From positions 1,056,001 to 1,120,000 of the forward strand of contig CM000434.1 in NCBI GenBank assembly GCA_000165345.1: a DNA stretch of 64,000 bases, in the 5' to 3' direction. The position numbers were made by a program, and so were the translations under genes. Shown piece after piece: positions 1-11,947 of this stretch. Below the pieces are notes generated by a model that was given only the letters and a program-made list of their open reading frames with translations, made no database searches and was not told the DNA's origin. Each line of letters begins with the position of its first letter. Position 1 is the stretch's first letter.

Positions 1-3000
1 CTGAGTTATAAGTTAAAGAAGCTGCATTTTCATTTACTTTAAGCATTGGAGTTAAAGCTTTTGTTGCCTCACGAACAACATCTGGAGATGTTGGGTAAGT
101 TTGAATCATTGATAAGATTTCAGCTGGAGAATCTATACCTTGGATCTTACCATTTTCAGATGATTCTGAAGCTGAAGCTATCAATTTTGAAATTGCTACT
201 GCTACTCCTTCACGTCTTGCTTCAGCTAATGATTGATCATCATCATAAGCTCTGCATCTCCTAATTTGACGTGATACTAATGACTTATCTTCAAATTGAC
301 ATCCAGCAGAAATCAGTTTTGTCATAAGATCACATAAAGCTGCATCTCTAATATCAGCCTTGTTTGATCCTTCAGTAAGTCCCTGAAGTTCATTAAGTCC
401 ATTTACTGAACATATATAAGAAGAATCTGCTCCAGCATTAATTACAAGATTACCAATGAGTTTCATTCCTTCTACAGCAACAGTATCATTCTTACGATGT
501 TTCTTAATTGTTGAAATAATTGTTGAAATATCTCCCATTGGAGTTTGAGCAACATATTGAGCTCCTGTTGGATCTTCTGCTAAAATTCTCATAAATTCAT
601 AAGTCTCAGCTGCTACATCTGAATCACTCTGATATTTTTCCAAGATCTCTCCAATATGAGGTAAGAAAGTACCATTATTACATCTTTCAAGAACATAATT
701 TCTTGTATATGGATTATTTAAACAACCACTAAGAACTCTAATTCCAGAACATACATATCTCTTTGAAGATACTGCTTTACCAGAAGTATCTTCTAAATTA
801 TCTTCGATATGTTGCATCATTCCTGATGTTGCTACTGCCCAAGATCCAAAGGAATCTTCAGAATTATCAAAAGCTCTATCAGTAATTCTTTGTGTTAATA
901 CTGCAATTGAAGATAATAATCTAATATCTGTTGGATATTCTGCTGCTGCTGCTACTAAAGATTGTAAACAAGCTTCAGTATATTGAAGTGCATCTTCTGG
1001 ATTCTCTGGTTGAGATGCTACAAATACTGCAAGTTGACGACATAATTGATCAAGATCTCTTGCACAATCTGGTCCATTTTCTTGTTGAGTATTAATTATA
1101 CTCACCATAAGACTCTTAATAGTTTCATCAGCTCCACATTTTGATAAAACTTCACCACATTTTGATATTACTGCAGGATTATCATTATGTACCATCATTA
1201 CATTCTGCATAAGTTCTATTATTGCACATTCTCTTAATATGGTATTATCCATTGAATTGGTTAAATTATTAAGAAGAATTAATAAATCTTCAACAACTTC
1301 TTCATTATTCTTTTGAGCATCTAAAGCTCTTAGAACTACTTCTACACATCTATGAAGATCTTGTTCAAAGTATGCTCTAATATCAACATAATTACCAATT
1401 GAATTCAAAACTCTACAAGCTGCTCTAATTTGAGAAGATTCTGATGGATATTTATCAACAACTCCAAATGCTGCAACAATACTACCAACATCAGTAGTAA
1501 TTTGAATTATAGAAGTATCATGACTACTGATTAAGTCATTAATAGCATTCAAACATTTAATTCTAACCTCAGCTTTTGAACTCTCATTAACAGTATTAAC
1601 AAGTCTGGTTAGTAAATTATTAAAGGATGGTTCAGCTAATAATATTTCAACTCTTTTTGGAGAAGTTGCCATTGCTGCTATAGCAGAACAAGCTGATCCT
1701 AAAATCTTCTCATTATCTTGGAAGTTATCTAAACTAGTACAAATTAATTGTACTGCTCCATTTTCAAAACAAGTCTCAGCTGCTTTAACATCAAATTTGA
1801 CAATATTAGCAACAGCTACTAAATTGTCAACTAATCCTGTTTCAACTTCTTCATTTAATGAACAATTTGCAAGATTTCTGTACATATTTAAAAGTGAAAC
1901 AGTAACATTGTTCTTAACTATTGCAACTTTTCCTGGTCTAGAAGCAGTTAATAAAGAGCAAAGTGTAGAACAAGCTGATAATATATTTTGAGCTACAACT
2001 CCATGTTCTGAAGAATTAATCTTTGAACTTGCTAATTCTTCAATTCTTGGAATTAAAGCTGGAATACCTTCAGAAATTGTAAATTTGCATCCTTCTGGAG
2101 TAACAGCAAGTTCATTACATGTAATAATGGCTTGAAGAATTGTTTTTAAATCACCAGAATCAAGTGAAATCTTAATTTCACCAACTTTTTCAGAAATAAT
2201 CTTTTTAACTTCTCCAACTGGTACTAAAGCTAAAGCTAAAGGAGCAATAATTAATCTGAGTTCTGAACTTCTATTATGAAGTCTCATAGCACCTTGTACA
2301 ATTTCAACAGCACCAGATTTACGTAAGATTTCAATAGATTCTGGAGAATATTTAACTAATAAAGATAAAAGAGTAAAACCTGCAATTTGACATTCCAAGA
2401 GTACTTTTGTACGTTGAAGGAATGCAAGACAAACTTTAATAACACCATTATCAATTTCTGCTTTGGCTCCACTTTCTGTCTCAGCAATAATACAGAATGA
2501 TTTAATACATTGAAGTTGAACAACTCTATTTTCAATATATTTTCTTATTGTTGAAACAAGTGAATTAACAACATTAACAACAGTTTCATCAGATCCAATA
2601 CGTTGTACTTCAATTAAACTTCTTACAGCTTTCATATTTTCAACAACAGGATTATCATTAGTATTCTTTTCAGCAAAAGTCTTCATTTGTGGAAGTGTTG
2701 AAATATCTAAAAGTTGAACAATTGTAGGTCCAAGATCTCCTTGTGCTTCAGAAATTTTAAGAGTACTAGTAGTTTGAAAAGCTGCTGAGATAAGTTTTTC
2801 TTGTCCTTCAAATGGACTTTCTGAGATCCATTTACGTACATATCCAAGAATATCATCACATATATTTAATGAAGAGAATAAAGGAGCAAGAGATGATATT
2901 TTACAAAGACCAGCAATAGCAGCTAAATCTTTATATGCAGCATTTGGATCAGAAAGAGCAACTTTTGGTAAATTGGTTGTATGTAAAGTAACATCTTTAT

Positions 3001-4621
3001 CAGTGGCAATAATTTCTAATATACTTAATCCAGCTTCTTTAATATAATCATTAGAATTATGAACCAACATTGCTTCTAAAACAGCACTAACCATTTCTCC
3101 TTGGCTTAAATAAATTGAACTATCTGATACGGTAGAAAGTTTTTCAACTAATTGAATAGCAGTTGTAACAAGTACTTCATCTTTAACATTTTCAATAATA
3201 GATTTCTCGATACCTGAGATACCACCAAATTCTGAAATGGGTTGTAATGTTTTAATAAATGGTGCTAAATGATTTAAAGCTGCTAAAGAAGCTGATTGAT
3301 ATGCTGCATCATCACAATAATAATTTAAACATGTGGCAAGAATTTCAACACTTTGTACACTAATAAGAGCTTCAGCAAGAGGAGCATGTTGAGATGCGAT
3401 GGATAAAAGATCAGCAGCACATTTAGTAAAATCTTTATCATTTTCAACATTAGAATAGAATAATTGAAGGAGATCTCCCATAATAGAAGCAGCAGCAACA
3501 GCAGTAGTTTCTCTTACAAATAATGGATATAATGATTGACATACAGCTGTAGAGATTTCAAGGTTATTAATACAAGTTGTAAAAGCTGAACAGATTGCAT
3601 CGATACCTCCAATTTCAATTAAATTATCAACATTTGAAGGATTTGAAGCAACTCTAGCAAGAACACGTAATGATCCAATAATAATACGACTAGATTTGGA
3701 AGTATGTTCTTCATTTCCACTTTGAGAATATTCACTAACACCTTGGTTAAGTGCTTCAACAACCATAGAAATACCTCCTTGTCTAACAATTTCATCAGCA
3801 AATGATGATACATAAGCCATAGCTGAAAGCATTGTCAAAGAATCATCTTTTTGAGTAATATCAGAATTTGGGGATTTAATAACAACTAAACATTCCATAA
3901 GTTTTTGAGGATTCATTAATAATTCCAAACAGGCACCTCCTTTTTCTGTGATACCTCTTCTACTACGATATAAATCAATAATATGTACAACAGCTTTAAG
4001 TGCATCTTCTGGTACATCACCATAACTAGCACATAATCTAACAATTTCAAGACAATTTTCTATTAATGCAGCAGATTCATTATCAGATTTGGTCCAGTTA
4101 TGAGCAAAATTAAGAGTTTTTGATCCAATTCCTGCTTGAACTAATGCAGCAATTCCACTTTCTTGGTGAGCAATAGCACAAATTGCACCAGTAACTTTAA
4201 CAAGTTCAGAACTTCCAAGATATTTACTTTCATAGAATTTACCAAGGCAACTTGCAGCAGTTGTAGAATCAAGAGCACCAATACAAAATAGATTTTCAAT
4301 TGTGGTACAAATGGAAGCTAAGATGGCGGAATCATTTGATTCAACAAGACCATTAACAGCCATTGCGACAGTATTGGATCCTCCTCTTGAAATAAACATA
4401 TTAGTTAACTCAGCATCTTGTGATTCTTTCATAAACTCGGAAATACCGAACATAATTCTAACACAATTTGTTGAAATATCTTCATCATCAGGGAATTGTT
4501 GTAATGCTTCACTCATAATTTCTAAAATACCTCTTTGCATTGCATCCAAGGAGTTTTCCTTGTATAACAATGTTGGAGGTACACATAAATCACTAAGGGA
4601 TCTGAGTGAAAACAGCAACAT
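1..4621 (-). CDS. Large alpha-helical (armadillo/HEAT-like) repeat protein, about 1540 N-terminal codons. The ORF runs off the window start, so the 3' end is not in the window.
   Basis: The reverse-strand frame is open from the ATG at 4621-4619 (context aagagaATGttgctg, in-frame TAA about 90 nt upstream) to position 1 with no stop. It is absent from the ORF track only because it has no stop inside the window. Translation begins MLLFSLRSLSDLCVPPTLLYKENSLDAMQRGILEIMSEALQQF. It is non-repetitive at DNA level and Leu/Ala/Cys-rich, with recurring helical units of about 40 aa as in ARM/HEAT solenoids. No catalytic motif was recognised, and the family call is pattern-based. Confidence 0.55.
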   Translation of the reverse strand, partial: MLLFSLRSLSDLCVPPTLLYKENSLDAMQRGILEIMSEALQQFPDDEDISTNCVRIMFGISEFMKESQDAELTNMFISRGGSNTVAMAVNGLVESNDSAILASICTTIENLFCIGALDSTTAASCLGKFYESKYLGSSELVKVTGAICAIAHQESGIAALVQAGIGSKTLNFAHNWTKSDNESAALIENCLEIVRLCASYGDVPEDALKAVVHIIDLYRSRRGITEKGGACLELLMNPQKLMECLVVIKSPNSDITQKDDSLTMLSAMAYVSSFADEIVRQGGISMVVEALNQGVSEYSQSGNEEHTSKSSRIIIGSLRVLARVASNPSNVDNLIEIGGIDAICSAFTTCINNLEISTAVCQSLYPLFVRETTAVAAASIMGDLLQLFYSNVENDKDFTKCAADLLSIASQHAPLAEALISVQSVEILATCLNYYCDDAAYQSASLAALNHLAPFIKTLQPISEFGGISGIEKSIIENVKDEVLVTTAIQLVEKLSTVSDSSIYLSQGEMVSAVLEAMLVHNSNDYIKEAGLSILEIIATDKDVTLHTTNLPKVALSDPNAAYKDLAAIAGLCKISSLAPLFSSLNICDDILGYVRKWISESPFEGQEKLISAAFQTTSTLKISEAQGDLGPTIVQLLDISTLPQMKTFAEKNTNDNPVVENMKAVRSLIEVQRIGSDETVVNVVNSLVSTIRKYIENRVVQLQCIKSFCIIAETESGAKAEIDNGVIKVCLAFLQRTKVLLECQIAGFTLLSLLVKYSPESIEILRKSGAVEIVQGAMRLHNRSSELRLIIAPLALALVPVGEVKKIISEKVGEIKISLDSGDLKTILQAIITCNELAVTPEGCKFTISEGIPALIPRIEELASSKINSSEHGVVAQNILSACSTLCSLLTASRPGKVAIVKNNVTVSLLNMYRNLANCSLNEEVETGLVDNLVAVANIVKFDVKAAETCFENGAVQLICTSLDNFQDNEKILGSACSAIAAMATSPKRVEILLAEPSFNNLLTRLVNTVNESSKAEVRIKCLNAINDLISSHDTSIIQITTDVGSIVAAFGVVDKYPSESSQIRAACRVLNSIGNYVDIRAYFEQDLHRCVEVVLRALDAQKNNEEVVEDLLILLNNLTNSMDNTILRECAIIELMQNVMMVHNDNPAVISKCGEVLSKCGADETIKSLMVSIINTQQENGPDCARDLDQLCRQLAVFVASQPENPEDALQYTEACLQSLVAAAAEYPTDIRLLSSIAVLTQRITDRAFDNSEDSFGSWAVATSGMMQHIEDNLEDTSGKAVSSKRYVCSGIRVLSGCLNNPYTRNYVLERCNNGTFLPHIGEILEKYQSDSDVAAETYEFMRILAEDPTGAQYVAQTPMGDISTIISTIKKHRKNDTVAVEGMKLIGNLVINAGADSSYICSVNGLNELQGLTEGSNKADIRDAALCDLMTKLISAGCQFEDKSLVSRQIRRCRAYDDDQSLAEARREGVAVAISKLIASASESSENGKIQGIDSPAEILSMIQTYPTSPDVVREATKALTPMLKVNENAASLTYNS

Positions 4622-5750
4622 TCTCTTGAATTTCTTGTGTTGATTTGCTGACGAAATAGCCGTTGCTACACCATTATCAGGTGCTCTTTGAGCTAAAGAT
4701 AAAAAAAGTTAAAAAGAAAATTGAGAATGATTAAAAGTAAAATTTTGATATATCAATAGGAGAATTAATAGAGAAATGACAATTGAACATTTATTTTTCA
4801 ATTATCAATATTTTTAATTCTTAAAGCAACATTTTCTTTGAATTGAGTTGATCGGTACCAGATAATTAATAGGCCGGTATGCAATAAAAAATTTTGTGCA
4901 TCATCACCATATTAGAGCGTGTAATAAATAATTTTTTCTTTTTTTTTCTCCCTCTATTTAGAAAAATTTTTTATGTATAAAAAATAATTACCAAATAGAT
5001 AGAATATTGATTGTATTTAAAATTAATAATTTAGATTAAATCAAAGTATTGATATTTCTCAATGTTTGAATTGATTCTGAATATACATTATAACAGTTAC
5101 ATAAATATTAAGATGATTGTATAGCACCGAGTAAATGATTTGAATTTTTCAACATAAGAATTTGTTTAATTGCTTTAAGAATAAAATATCTCTCTTTCTC
5201 TATTTTTTTTCTGATAACCTATTTTCATAATATATCAGAATTTTATAATAATACTTACTTTTATTAATAGCCATGGTTAAATATTATAGCCATATATGAA
5301 TTTCCTAAATGAATTCAATCAAACTTAACTTTAATAGCGATCAAAATTTTGAGAAATATATAGAAATCAATAATATCTCTATATAAATAAATATTTACTT
5401 TGAGTAATATACGATCAGGCAGAATAAGTTGAAAATTTAATGATTTTCTGGTCTTCTGCTTGCTATTTTTGCTAGTTGGCAAATGTCTTTTGAAATTATT
5501 AGATTGAGATATTGCAAGTGATATAATGTAAAAATATAAATATATACAATAATGTTATTTAGGATCTCGGCTTTTTCCTGAATAATCAGTATTAATATAT
5601 ATTTAAAAATTATGTAAATCTTCTCTTTTTGTTAGAGAGTTATTGGATTAATTGTTATTTTTTTTACTTGCTTGTACTGGGGTTGTTATTAGGATAATTT
5701 TCCTTGCCGTATAAAAATAGATTCTTAACCTCGTTAAAAAAGATTCAATT

Positions 5751-5845
5751 ATGCACGCACGCGGTAGCAAAGAAAAATATTCAGAATATAAAAACATGCA
5801 TGCCAGTATGCATGAAACAGGCGGGAAAATGGCAATGCATGCAAT
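5751..5845. promoter_or_regulatory. Motif cluster in the long spacer 4.7-7.1 kb: ATGCACGCACGCGG, CATGCATGCC, TATGCATGA, GGCGGGAAAA and AATGCATGCAAT
   Basis: CATGCATGCC is at 5795-5804. GGCGGGAAAA is at 5820-5829. AATGCATGCAAT is at 5834-5845. A second cluster lies at 6465-6541 (ATACCGGTATGCAAG ... ACCGGTTGCATGTGGATGCACC). A CCGGTATGCAA lies at about 4870. The region is upstream of the left-edge gene, which runs leftwards. Confidence 0.45.
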
Positions 5846-7118
5846 TTGTTAATTTACCAGATGGCGCATTTTGGGCAAAATTTGGATACTAAGTATAGGA
5901 ATATGGTCAGTAAACCATTTAAATAATAAAGTATGACGGCTTGTAAATTGTTCAAGGTAGATAATTGTTTACAAGCTATTTTCGACAGTTTGTAGGAGAA
6001 TCGATTTTCTTTTCAAATAATCTGGTATTTCCAAAGTTGGGAGTTAAGACAGTTGAAAATAAATTCTTTTTTTTTTTTTTTGGAAAAGAATTTTATGATA
6101 ATTAATTCAATATTTTACCCTTTTTATATTCTTAAATCTTATTCCTTTGTTTTCTGTTGAACCAAGAAGGGTTAAATTACAATGTTATTTTTTTTTCTCC
6201 CCCCTCCTCTCCTTTACTATAGACTAAATCGACTTTTTATATTTAAGCTGATTTTTAGTGCTAATTAGAAGAAAAAAATATAAATAACGAGCGAAGAAAA
6301 GTGAGGAAATACGTATGTTGTATGAATTTCCAATAAAATTCTTTATATTAATAAAGTAATAATTCAATTAAAAAGAGAAGAAAAAATAATGTTTTCCTTA
6401 GAATTAACTTTCCACATTAAAATATTTATATAAAAAAACATTACGTGTAAATTGATTTATCCTATACCGGTATGCAAGTATTTTATGTGGACGCATGTAA
6501 GGACATGCACAAGAAGAAGACCGGTTGCATGTGGATGCACCAGTAAGTCGAATATAACTAGCAAGTACACTAGAAAAAGAAAAGGACTGGAATAAGATGG
6601 GCGAATTAAAAATATAAAAGGTAATTTATCTTCCCTAACTAAAATATGGTCAGCAGAAGTATGGTGAGAATCCACGAGTAACAACTAAACAAGCAAGAGT
6701 TAAATTGGATTGGTATAAAGAAATGACAAATTCCAGGGCATGATACATATAGTATCTGATGATTTGTAAGGAAAAAAATTTTTTCTCCTGTTCCTATTTG
6801 AATTTGTGACCAGATCTAATGTTACTCTTAAAATAACCCAGACGACTTATTTAGCTATTCTGCGCTGAGTAATGAAAAATGTCAATAACGGTAAATTATG
6901 GTAATTAGTATAATAATAAATCTTTATCATTCAGCTCCCACTACTTTCAAATCAGCCCCGAAAGTTACTTAGAATAAAGACCTGGATAAGCCAGCCTCGG
7001 ACTCGAGACTGAACTCAGTTAGCTTGGCTTAATTCAGCTCGATTCAATTCAGCCATTTCTCGTTTCAGTTTAATTTTTGTTCTCGTTTTTATTAAATGCA
7101 AATTACGGCAGAGTTAAA

Positions 7119-9296
7119 TTAGTTAATATTGTACTTGGAATATAACTGGAGTAAATAGTCTTGGTTTTCTCCATCAATAGCGCAAACATAGTCACTAATA
7201 ACAGAGCGTGGATGTTTAAAGTGATCGTTCACTCTAATTCTGGCAGTTGGAGGTACAACACCTAAGCACTTTGACATTGTGTTAACAAGGGAGTTGAAAT
7301 GGTTTACATCAGAAAACTTGATCTTTGTTGTGGAGATGTTGTGGAATGGATCTGAGAATAAGACCTTGTTAATGGATTTTTGTAAGGTATTTTCATTTTC
7401 AGAAATGATCTCAACATGATGTTTAGCAACTGGAACAGGGCAAGTGTTTAATGAGAAAATCTTTGGGTTACCAAATCCGAAAATATGCTTCAAGTCTCTG
7501 AATAAAATTAAATATAATTGAGGATTGTACTTTGCGAGTTGTAAGACGAAGCTGTAAGAAGAGTTCCTAATCAAGTTGTTAATTGAATTTTCGCTGTCGA
7601 ATACTCCACCAATAGTTTTCCATCTCTTCTCATTCTTTGGTATTTGGATTCTCATAAATGAATTATCACCATCTCTTCTTAATAAGGAGTCTGGGAAAAT
7701 ATTGAATGCTACCATGTTAGAGTGATGGAAACTCTCTTCTGATTCACCTTGAGTTTGGTGAGTGAAACAATTCAAAGTGAGTAAACCATAGTAAATTAAA
7801 TGGAGCTCTTCTCCTTGCTTGATTGGAGAAGGTGACTCTTCAATTTCATAATGTTCACTCTCTGGTGCGCTTTCATTAACATTTGCTTCCTCTGTAGAAA
7901 TAGAAAGCTCTGAGGATTTCAATAAAGACTGAATTCCAGACTTCTTTTCTCCAAACTGTAAGAGGGAAATTGGAACATCACCAGTAGCAAATCTGACCTG
8001 GCGTTCCTTTGCCTTGATCCATCTTTCCAAATCCTCGAGCTTATTATCCTTTCTTGAGATCTCCTCAAGTGATTCCAATGGGGCTGGTAAAACTACATGA
8101 GTCTCAGCATGACCTGAATTCCAGAATTTTTCGGCCCATGCTTCAATAGCTTCTTTTTGTGAAGCAACCAAATTATCTGTCTCTTCCTTAGAAAGGAGAA
8201 GATTCAAGAATTCATAAGAATAATCCTGAGATAAAGTCTCAGACCCAGAATAAATTTCATCAACCTTCCATGTATTACCCTCGAAGTACAACTTAGCTCT
8301 AAATTGGAATAATGGAGAGATCTGTTGTTCAAGAGTGGTTGGCATATTTTCTGGTAAGTCAAAGAAGTTAACTTCATACTTTTTCTTCATAAATCTCTCA
8401 AAGGCTTTAACTCTTGCTGAGGCAGTGTTTGAGAAGTCTGCCTTAGAAGAAGCTGTGAGTTCAATTGCAACAGGAGAAGAAACGCTTCTGGCAACAACTG
8501 GATACATCTGAACGAATTTCTCTTTAAGAAGCTGCTCAGTCTTTTCCTTTCTGATGTTTTCAAATATTAAATGCCAAGCTGTCTCAGTACCTGACATTGA
8601 GGAAGCAACTGCTTCACACTTTCCTTTACCAGAGTTAGTCTTAATTGACTCGCTTAAGCCTGAATAGTGACTGGAGTCTTTAGCTGGATATTGGTTGAAG
8701 ATATTTCCTCTGTATGATAATTCAACAAACTCTGTCTTGGAATAAGAGTATTTCTTCAAATTTGAAATTGGTCTCTGGCAAGCATTCTCACAATATCTTT
8801 GACGATATTCCTCATCATTGAAAGTGCTTTCTCCTTCTTTGTTCTTAAATATTAAAACAGCTGGAGTATTATTGTCAATGGCCATTGCAGACTTTGTAAT
8901 GCGGTTAACATTCAAAAAGATCTCATCAAATGATGAAACTAAATCAACCATTGAATGATCTCCAATTGGTTTATCTACTGAAGAAATAGATTTCAAGTCG
9001 AGACCTGAGTTCCATAGCGCAATTGTACCTGTTCTGTATTCAGAAACTGCACCATTTAATGATCTCAATTTTGGCTGGCTATCAGAAAAGTCTAAGATAC
9101 CATCTTTTCCTTCCTGATTTAAAGAAATTGGCTTAATATCAGCAAAATATTCCACTGAATCCAAGCTCATTTTTCCATTCTCAAAAATATATTGAGAAAC
9201 AGAACAGTAACATTGGCATATGAAGCCATTATCTTGTGATAATACCCTCCTTGACAAGAGGGAGAATAAACTAAAAAGTAGTACAAGTCTATACAT
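7119..9296 (-). CDS. Hypothetical secreted or luminal protein of 725 aa with an N-terminal signal peptide
   Basis: This is a complete ORF with a true ATG (cat at 9294-9296 on the + strand). The N-terminus MYRLVLLFSLFSLLSRRVLSQ is a classic signal peptide. Several NxS/T sites follow. No domain was recognised by eye. Confidence 0.55.
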   Translation of the reverse strand: MYRLVLLFSLFSLLSRRVLSQDNGFICQCYCSVSQYIFENGKMSLDSVEYFADIKPISLNQEGKDGILDFSDSQPKLRSLNGAVSEYRTGTIALWNSGLDLKSISSVDKPIGDHSMVDLVSSFDEIFLNVNRITKSAMAIDNNTPAVLIFKNKEGESTFNDEEYRQRYCENACQRPISNLKKYSYSKTEFVELSYRGNIFNQYPAKDSSHYSGLSESIKTNSGKGKCEAVASSMSGTETAWHLIFENIRKEKTEQLLKEKFVQMYPVVARSVSSPVAIELTASSKADFSNTASARVKAFERFMKKKYEVNFFDLPENMPTTLEQQISPLFQFRAKLYFEGNTWKVDEIYSGSETLSQDYSYEFLNLLLSKEETDNLVASQKEAIEAWAEKFWNSGHAETHVVLPAPLESLEEISRKDNKLEDLERWIKAKERQVRFATGDVPISLLQFGEKKSGIQSLLKSSELSISTEEANVNESAPESEHYEIEESPSPIKQGEELHLIYYGLLTLNCFTHQTQGESEESFHHSNMVAFNIFPDSLLRRDGDNSFMRIQIPKNEKRWKTIGGVFDSENSINNLIRNSSYSFVLQLAKYNPQLYLILFRDLKHIFGFGNPKIFSLNTCPVPVAKHHVEIISENENTLQKSINKVLFSDPFHNISTTKIKFSDVNHFNSLVNTMSKCLGVVPPTARIRVNDHFKHPRSVISDYVCAIDGENQDYLLQLYSKYNIN

Positions 9297-10456
9297 CTCG
9301 ATCCTCTTCTATTCTCAATTCTATTGCATTAAAAATTCTTGAAGACCTCAGTAATATCCTTCAACTTTTGTTTAAATTTTGTCTTCAGTTGTTAAATTCT
9401 TGTTAAATCTGTTTGGTAATTATGAAGACATAATGGTAACTAAGTTTCCCGCCTTTGTCAGAAATATTTATTATTTAAGTTATACCAGAGAGGATTTTTT
9501 TTATATTATTAAATAATTGTTTAGGCGGCAATTACCCAGAAAACTTCCCTCCAATAAAAATAATAATATGGGGTAATAAAATTTAATAGTAATATTTTAT
9601 TTCTTGGTGTAAATATTACTTAATTTGGAGAAAAAACTCTTTCATTCAAGTTTAAGAGGGAAAGTTCAAAACTTGATGAAAATGATTAAACTATGGAAAC
9701 ATCAAGTAAAATTGTTTGGAATTGGAGAAAGAGGAGTTTTTTTTTTTATCCAATTTTTAGTATCTATGAAAATAAACATCATTATTATCTTCCATGAGGT
9801 TAGAACATCCTCTTTGAATTTGGAAGGTCCAAATCTTAGATTTTTCTTACCTTTTCATTTCTCTTGTATCTTACCTACTTCCATCACTTGTACAGAAATC
9901 TGTACGCCTTTTTCACTTATCACTACTTTGGATTTAATTCCCTAGTTTCTATTCATCCATTCGGATCTAAGCTTAAATCGTAGTTAAATTAGGTACAGAC
10001 TACTGTTTGTATTAGGTTTCAATGGTTTCTCCTATTTTCGTTCCAATGTACTTCATCTAACTAAACTGGGTGAATATTATTAAGCTAAAGTTGACTTCTT
10101 TACTACAAAATAACCAAATATGAGGAAGAAAATATACTCATAAGCTTTTTCTTGTTACAAAAAAAGCTCTAGAATCTAACTATTAATGCAAACCACTTTG
10201 CCCATTCTATTATTCACAATGATATTTTTGCTAATCTTCTAATTTTTACCCCACTTTTATTTATCATTTGAATAATAAATAGTTTAGGCGGGAAACCCCG
10301 TAGCTAGTTTGGACATGAAACAGAAAATTAAAATAAAAGGAGGTTGTTTGATTTATATGGGATTGCAAGAAGTGCAGTAACTGGGTGTAAGAGTTGGATG
10401 TTTGGATAACAAGTGTGTAAGTATTAATTGAGTTAAATCCGAAAGTTAGAACAAAA

Positions 10457-11947
10457 ATGATGGAAATAGCCAAGTATAGAGGGACTAGAGATTCCATTAA
10501 GATCGAGAGCCCAAAAGAGAAATTGGAAATTAAAAGTGGAGAATATATAGGGAGTATAGATGGAGAGTTTGATGAATTAAATCATGAGATTTATGAATTC
10601 ATTCACCAATGTTTGAACACTGACGATTCAGATCTGTTATTTCCAACTTTTGAGGAACAGTTACAAAGTACTTGTATTAGCAATGGCAGTGAAACAGTTA
10701 AAACTGGTGGTACATATATGGATGTGAATCCTCTTCAAGGAGATAGAGAGTCCTTTAGGTTTGGGTTTGAGAACGAAAATAATTCTCAGTATATGAATAT
10801 TAAACAAGAGTGTATGAATACAGCAAGTAATAATGTTGGGGGATTTTCTATGTCACTTGAAAACACTTTTGATTTCAATGGAATATTACTAAAGGCTTCA
10901 TTTCTTGGAAAAACTGACATTATTAAGTCATGTTTAGATAATGGAGCTAACGTCTTACATACCGATAAGGTTGGACGTACTGCATTACACTATGCATCAG
11001 CTTGTGGATGGCTTCCAACAATGAAGCTGCTTCTCAAGTACAATTGCGATATAAATCGTAGAGATCACAAAAATTGGACAGCTCTCCATATTGGAGTTTC
11101 AAAGAAATTCCCAGAAGTTGTGGAATTATTACTTTCTTCTGGAGCAGATTTAAGTTTGGGACTTCCACATACATGTGCACCATGTAGGGGGGGACCAATT
11201 TCTAGTAAAGCTATTCATTTTGCTGCAATTAGAGGTAATCGTATGATCACGGAGATACTTTTAAAGTATGGGGCTGATATTAATGATGTAGATGAAGATA
11301 ATAAGACTCCTTTGCATTATGCAAGCTTCAGATCAAATTTAGATTACGCCAAATGGGTAATTGAGAAAGGAGCTGACGTAAATGCAAAGGATAAATACGG
11401 GAGGACTCCTCTCCATATAGCATCCTTGTCTGGTAATCTTGAAATTACGAAGATACTCATAGAAAATGGATCTGAAGTCCGAGCTAGGGATATCTGGGAT
11501 ATGTCTCCTTTAAGCCTTGCATTAACTAGAGAACATCCTGAAATGGTTTCTTATTTGGAGTCAATTTCCGGTGAAAAGTCATCTGAAATCTCTGTTATTA
11601 GAGGATTTGAATTAGATACAATGGAATCTATAGTATTAAATACCATAGTTACTGGATTACAAGAACCAAAAAAAGAATTCATTGCTAGAGTGATTAAGAC
11701 TATTGGATCACAAAGAAGCCTGCAACTTTACGAAAACGCCATGAAGGTTGAGAATTCTGGCGGGCTCTTGACAGCGGACATGTCAAGGAGAAAAACTATT
11801 GGAGGAGTCTTCTGCTACCTCCTTAAACAACTTGTTGCTGAAGATCAAATTACTATTCAGGAATGGAATTATATTCGACAAGAAGAGAAGGAAAGAATTA
11901 ACGCTAAGAACATTCTAAAACGTAATAATAGACGATGTCAGGTCTAG
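10457..11947 (+). CDS. Ankyrin-repeat protein of 496 aa
   Basis: ATG at 10457. It has at least six consecutive ANK repeats, for example GRTALHYASACGWLPTMKLLLKYNCDINRRDHKNWTALHIGV, NKTPLHYASFRSNLDYAKWVIEKGADVNAKDKYGRTPLHIAS and LSGNLEITKILIENGSEV. These match the TPLH..A...G......LL..GA. consensus. An E2F-like GGCGGGAAA lies 170 bp upstream at 10287-10295. Confidence 0.75.
   Translation: MMEIAKYRGTRDSIKIESPKEKLEIKSGEYIGSIDGEFDELNHEIYEFIHQCLNTDDSDLLFPTFEEQLQSTCISNGSETVKTGGTYMDVNPLQGDRESFRFGFENENNSQYMNIKQECMNTASNNVGGFSMSLENTFDFNGILLKASFLGKTDIIKSCLDNGANVLHTDKVGRTALHYASACGWLPTMKLLLKYNCDINRRDHKNWTALHIGVSKKFPEVVELLLSSGADLSLGLPHTCAPCRGGPISSKAIHFAAIRGNRMITEILLKYGADINDVDEDNKTPLHYASFRSNLDYAKWVIEKGADVNAKDKYGRTPLHIASLSGNLEITKILIENGSEVRARDIWDMSPLSLALTREHPEMVSYLESISGEKSSEISVIRGFELDTMESIVLNTIVTGLQEPKKEFIARVIKTIGSQRSLQLYENAMKVENSGGLLTADMSRRKTIGGVFCYLLKQLVAEDQITIQEWNYIRQEEKERINAKNILKRNNRRCQV

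Noticed and set aside
7600-7640. Shared heptapeptide KTIGGVF (18/21 nt identical) between the secreted protein gene (7119-9296) and the adjacent ankyrin gene (11790-11825)
   Set aside because: Across the 20,000 or so residues in the window, one chance 7-mer match is expected. There is no extended similarity around it.
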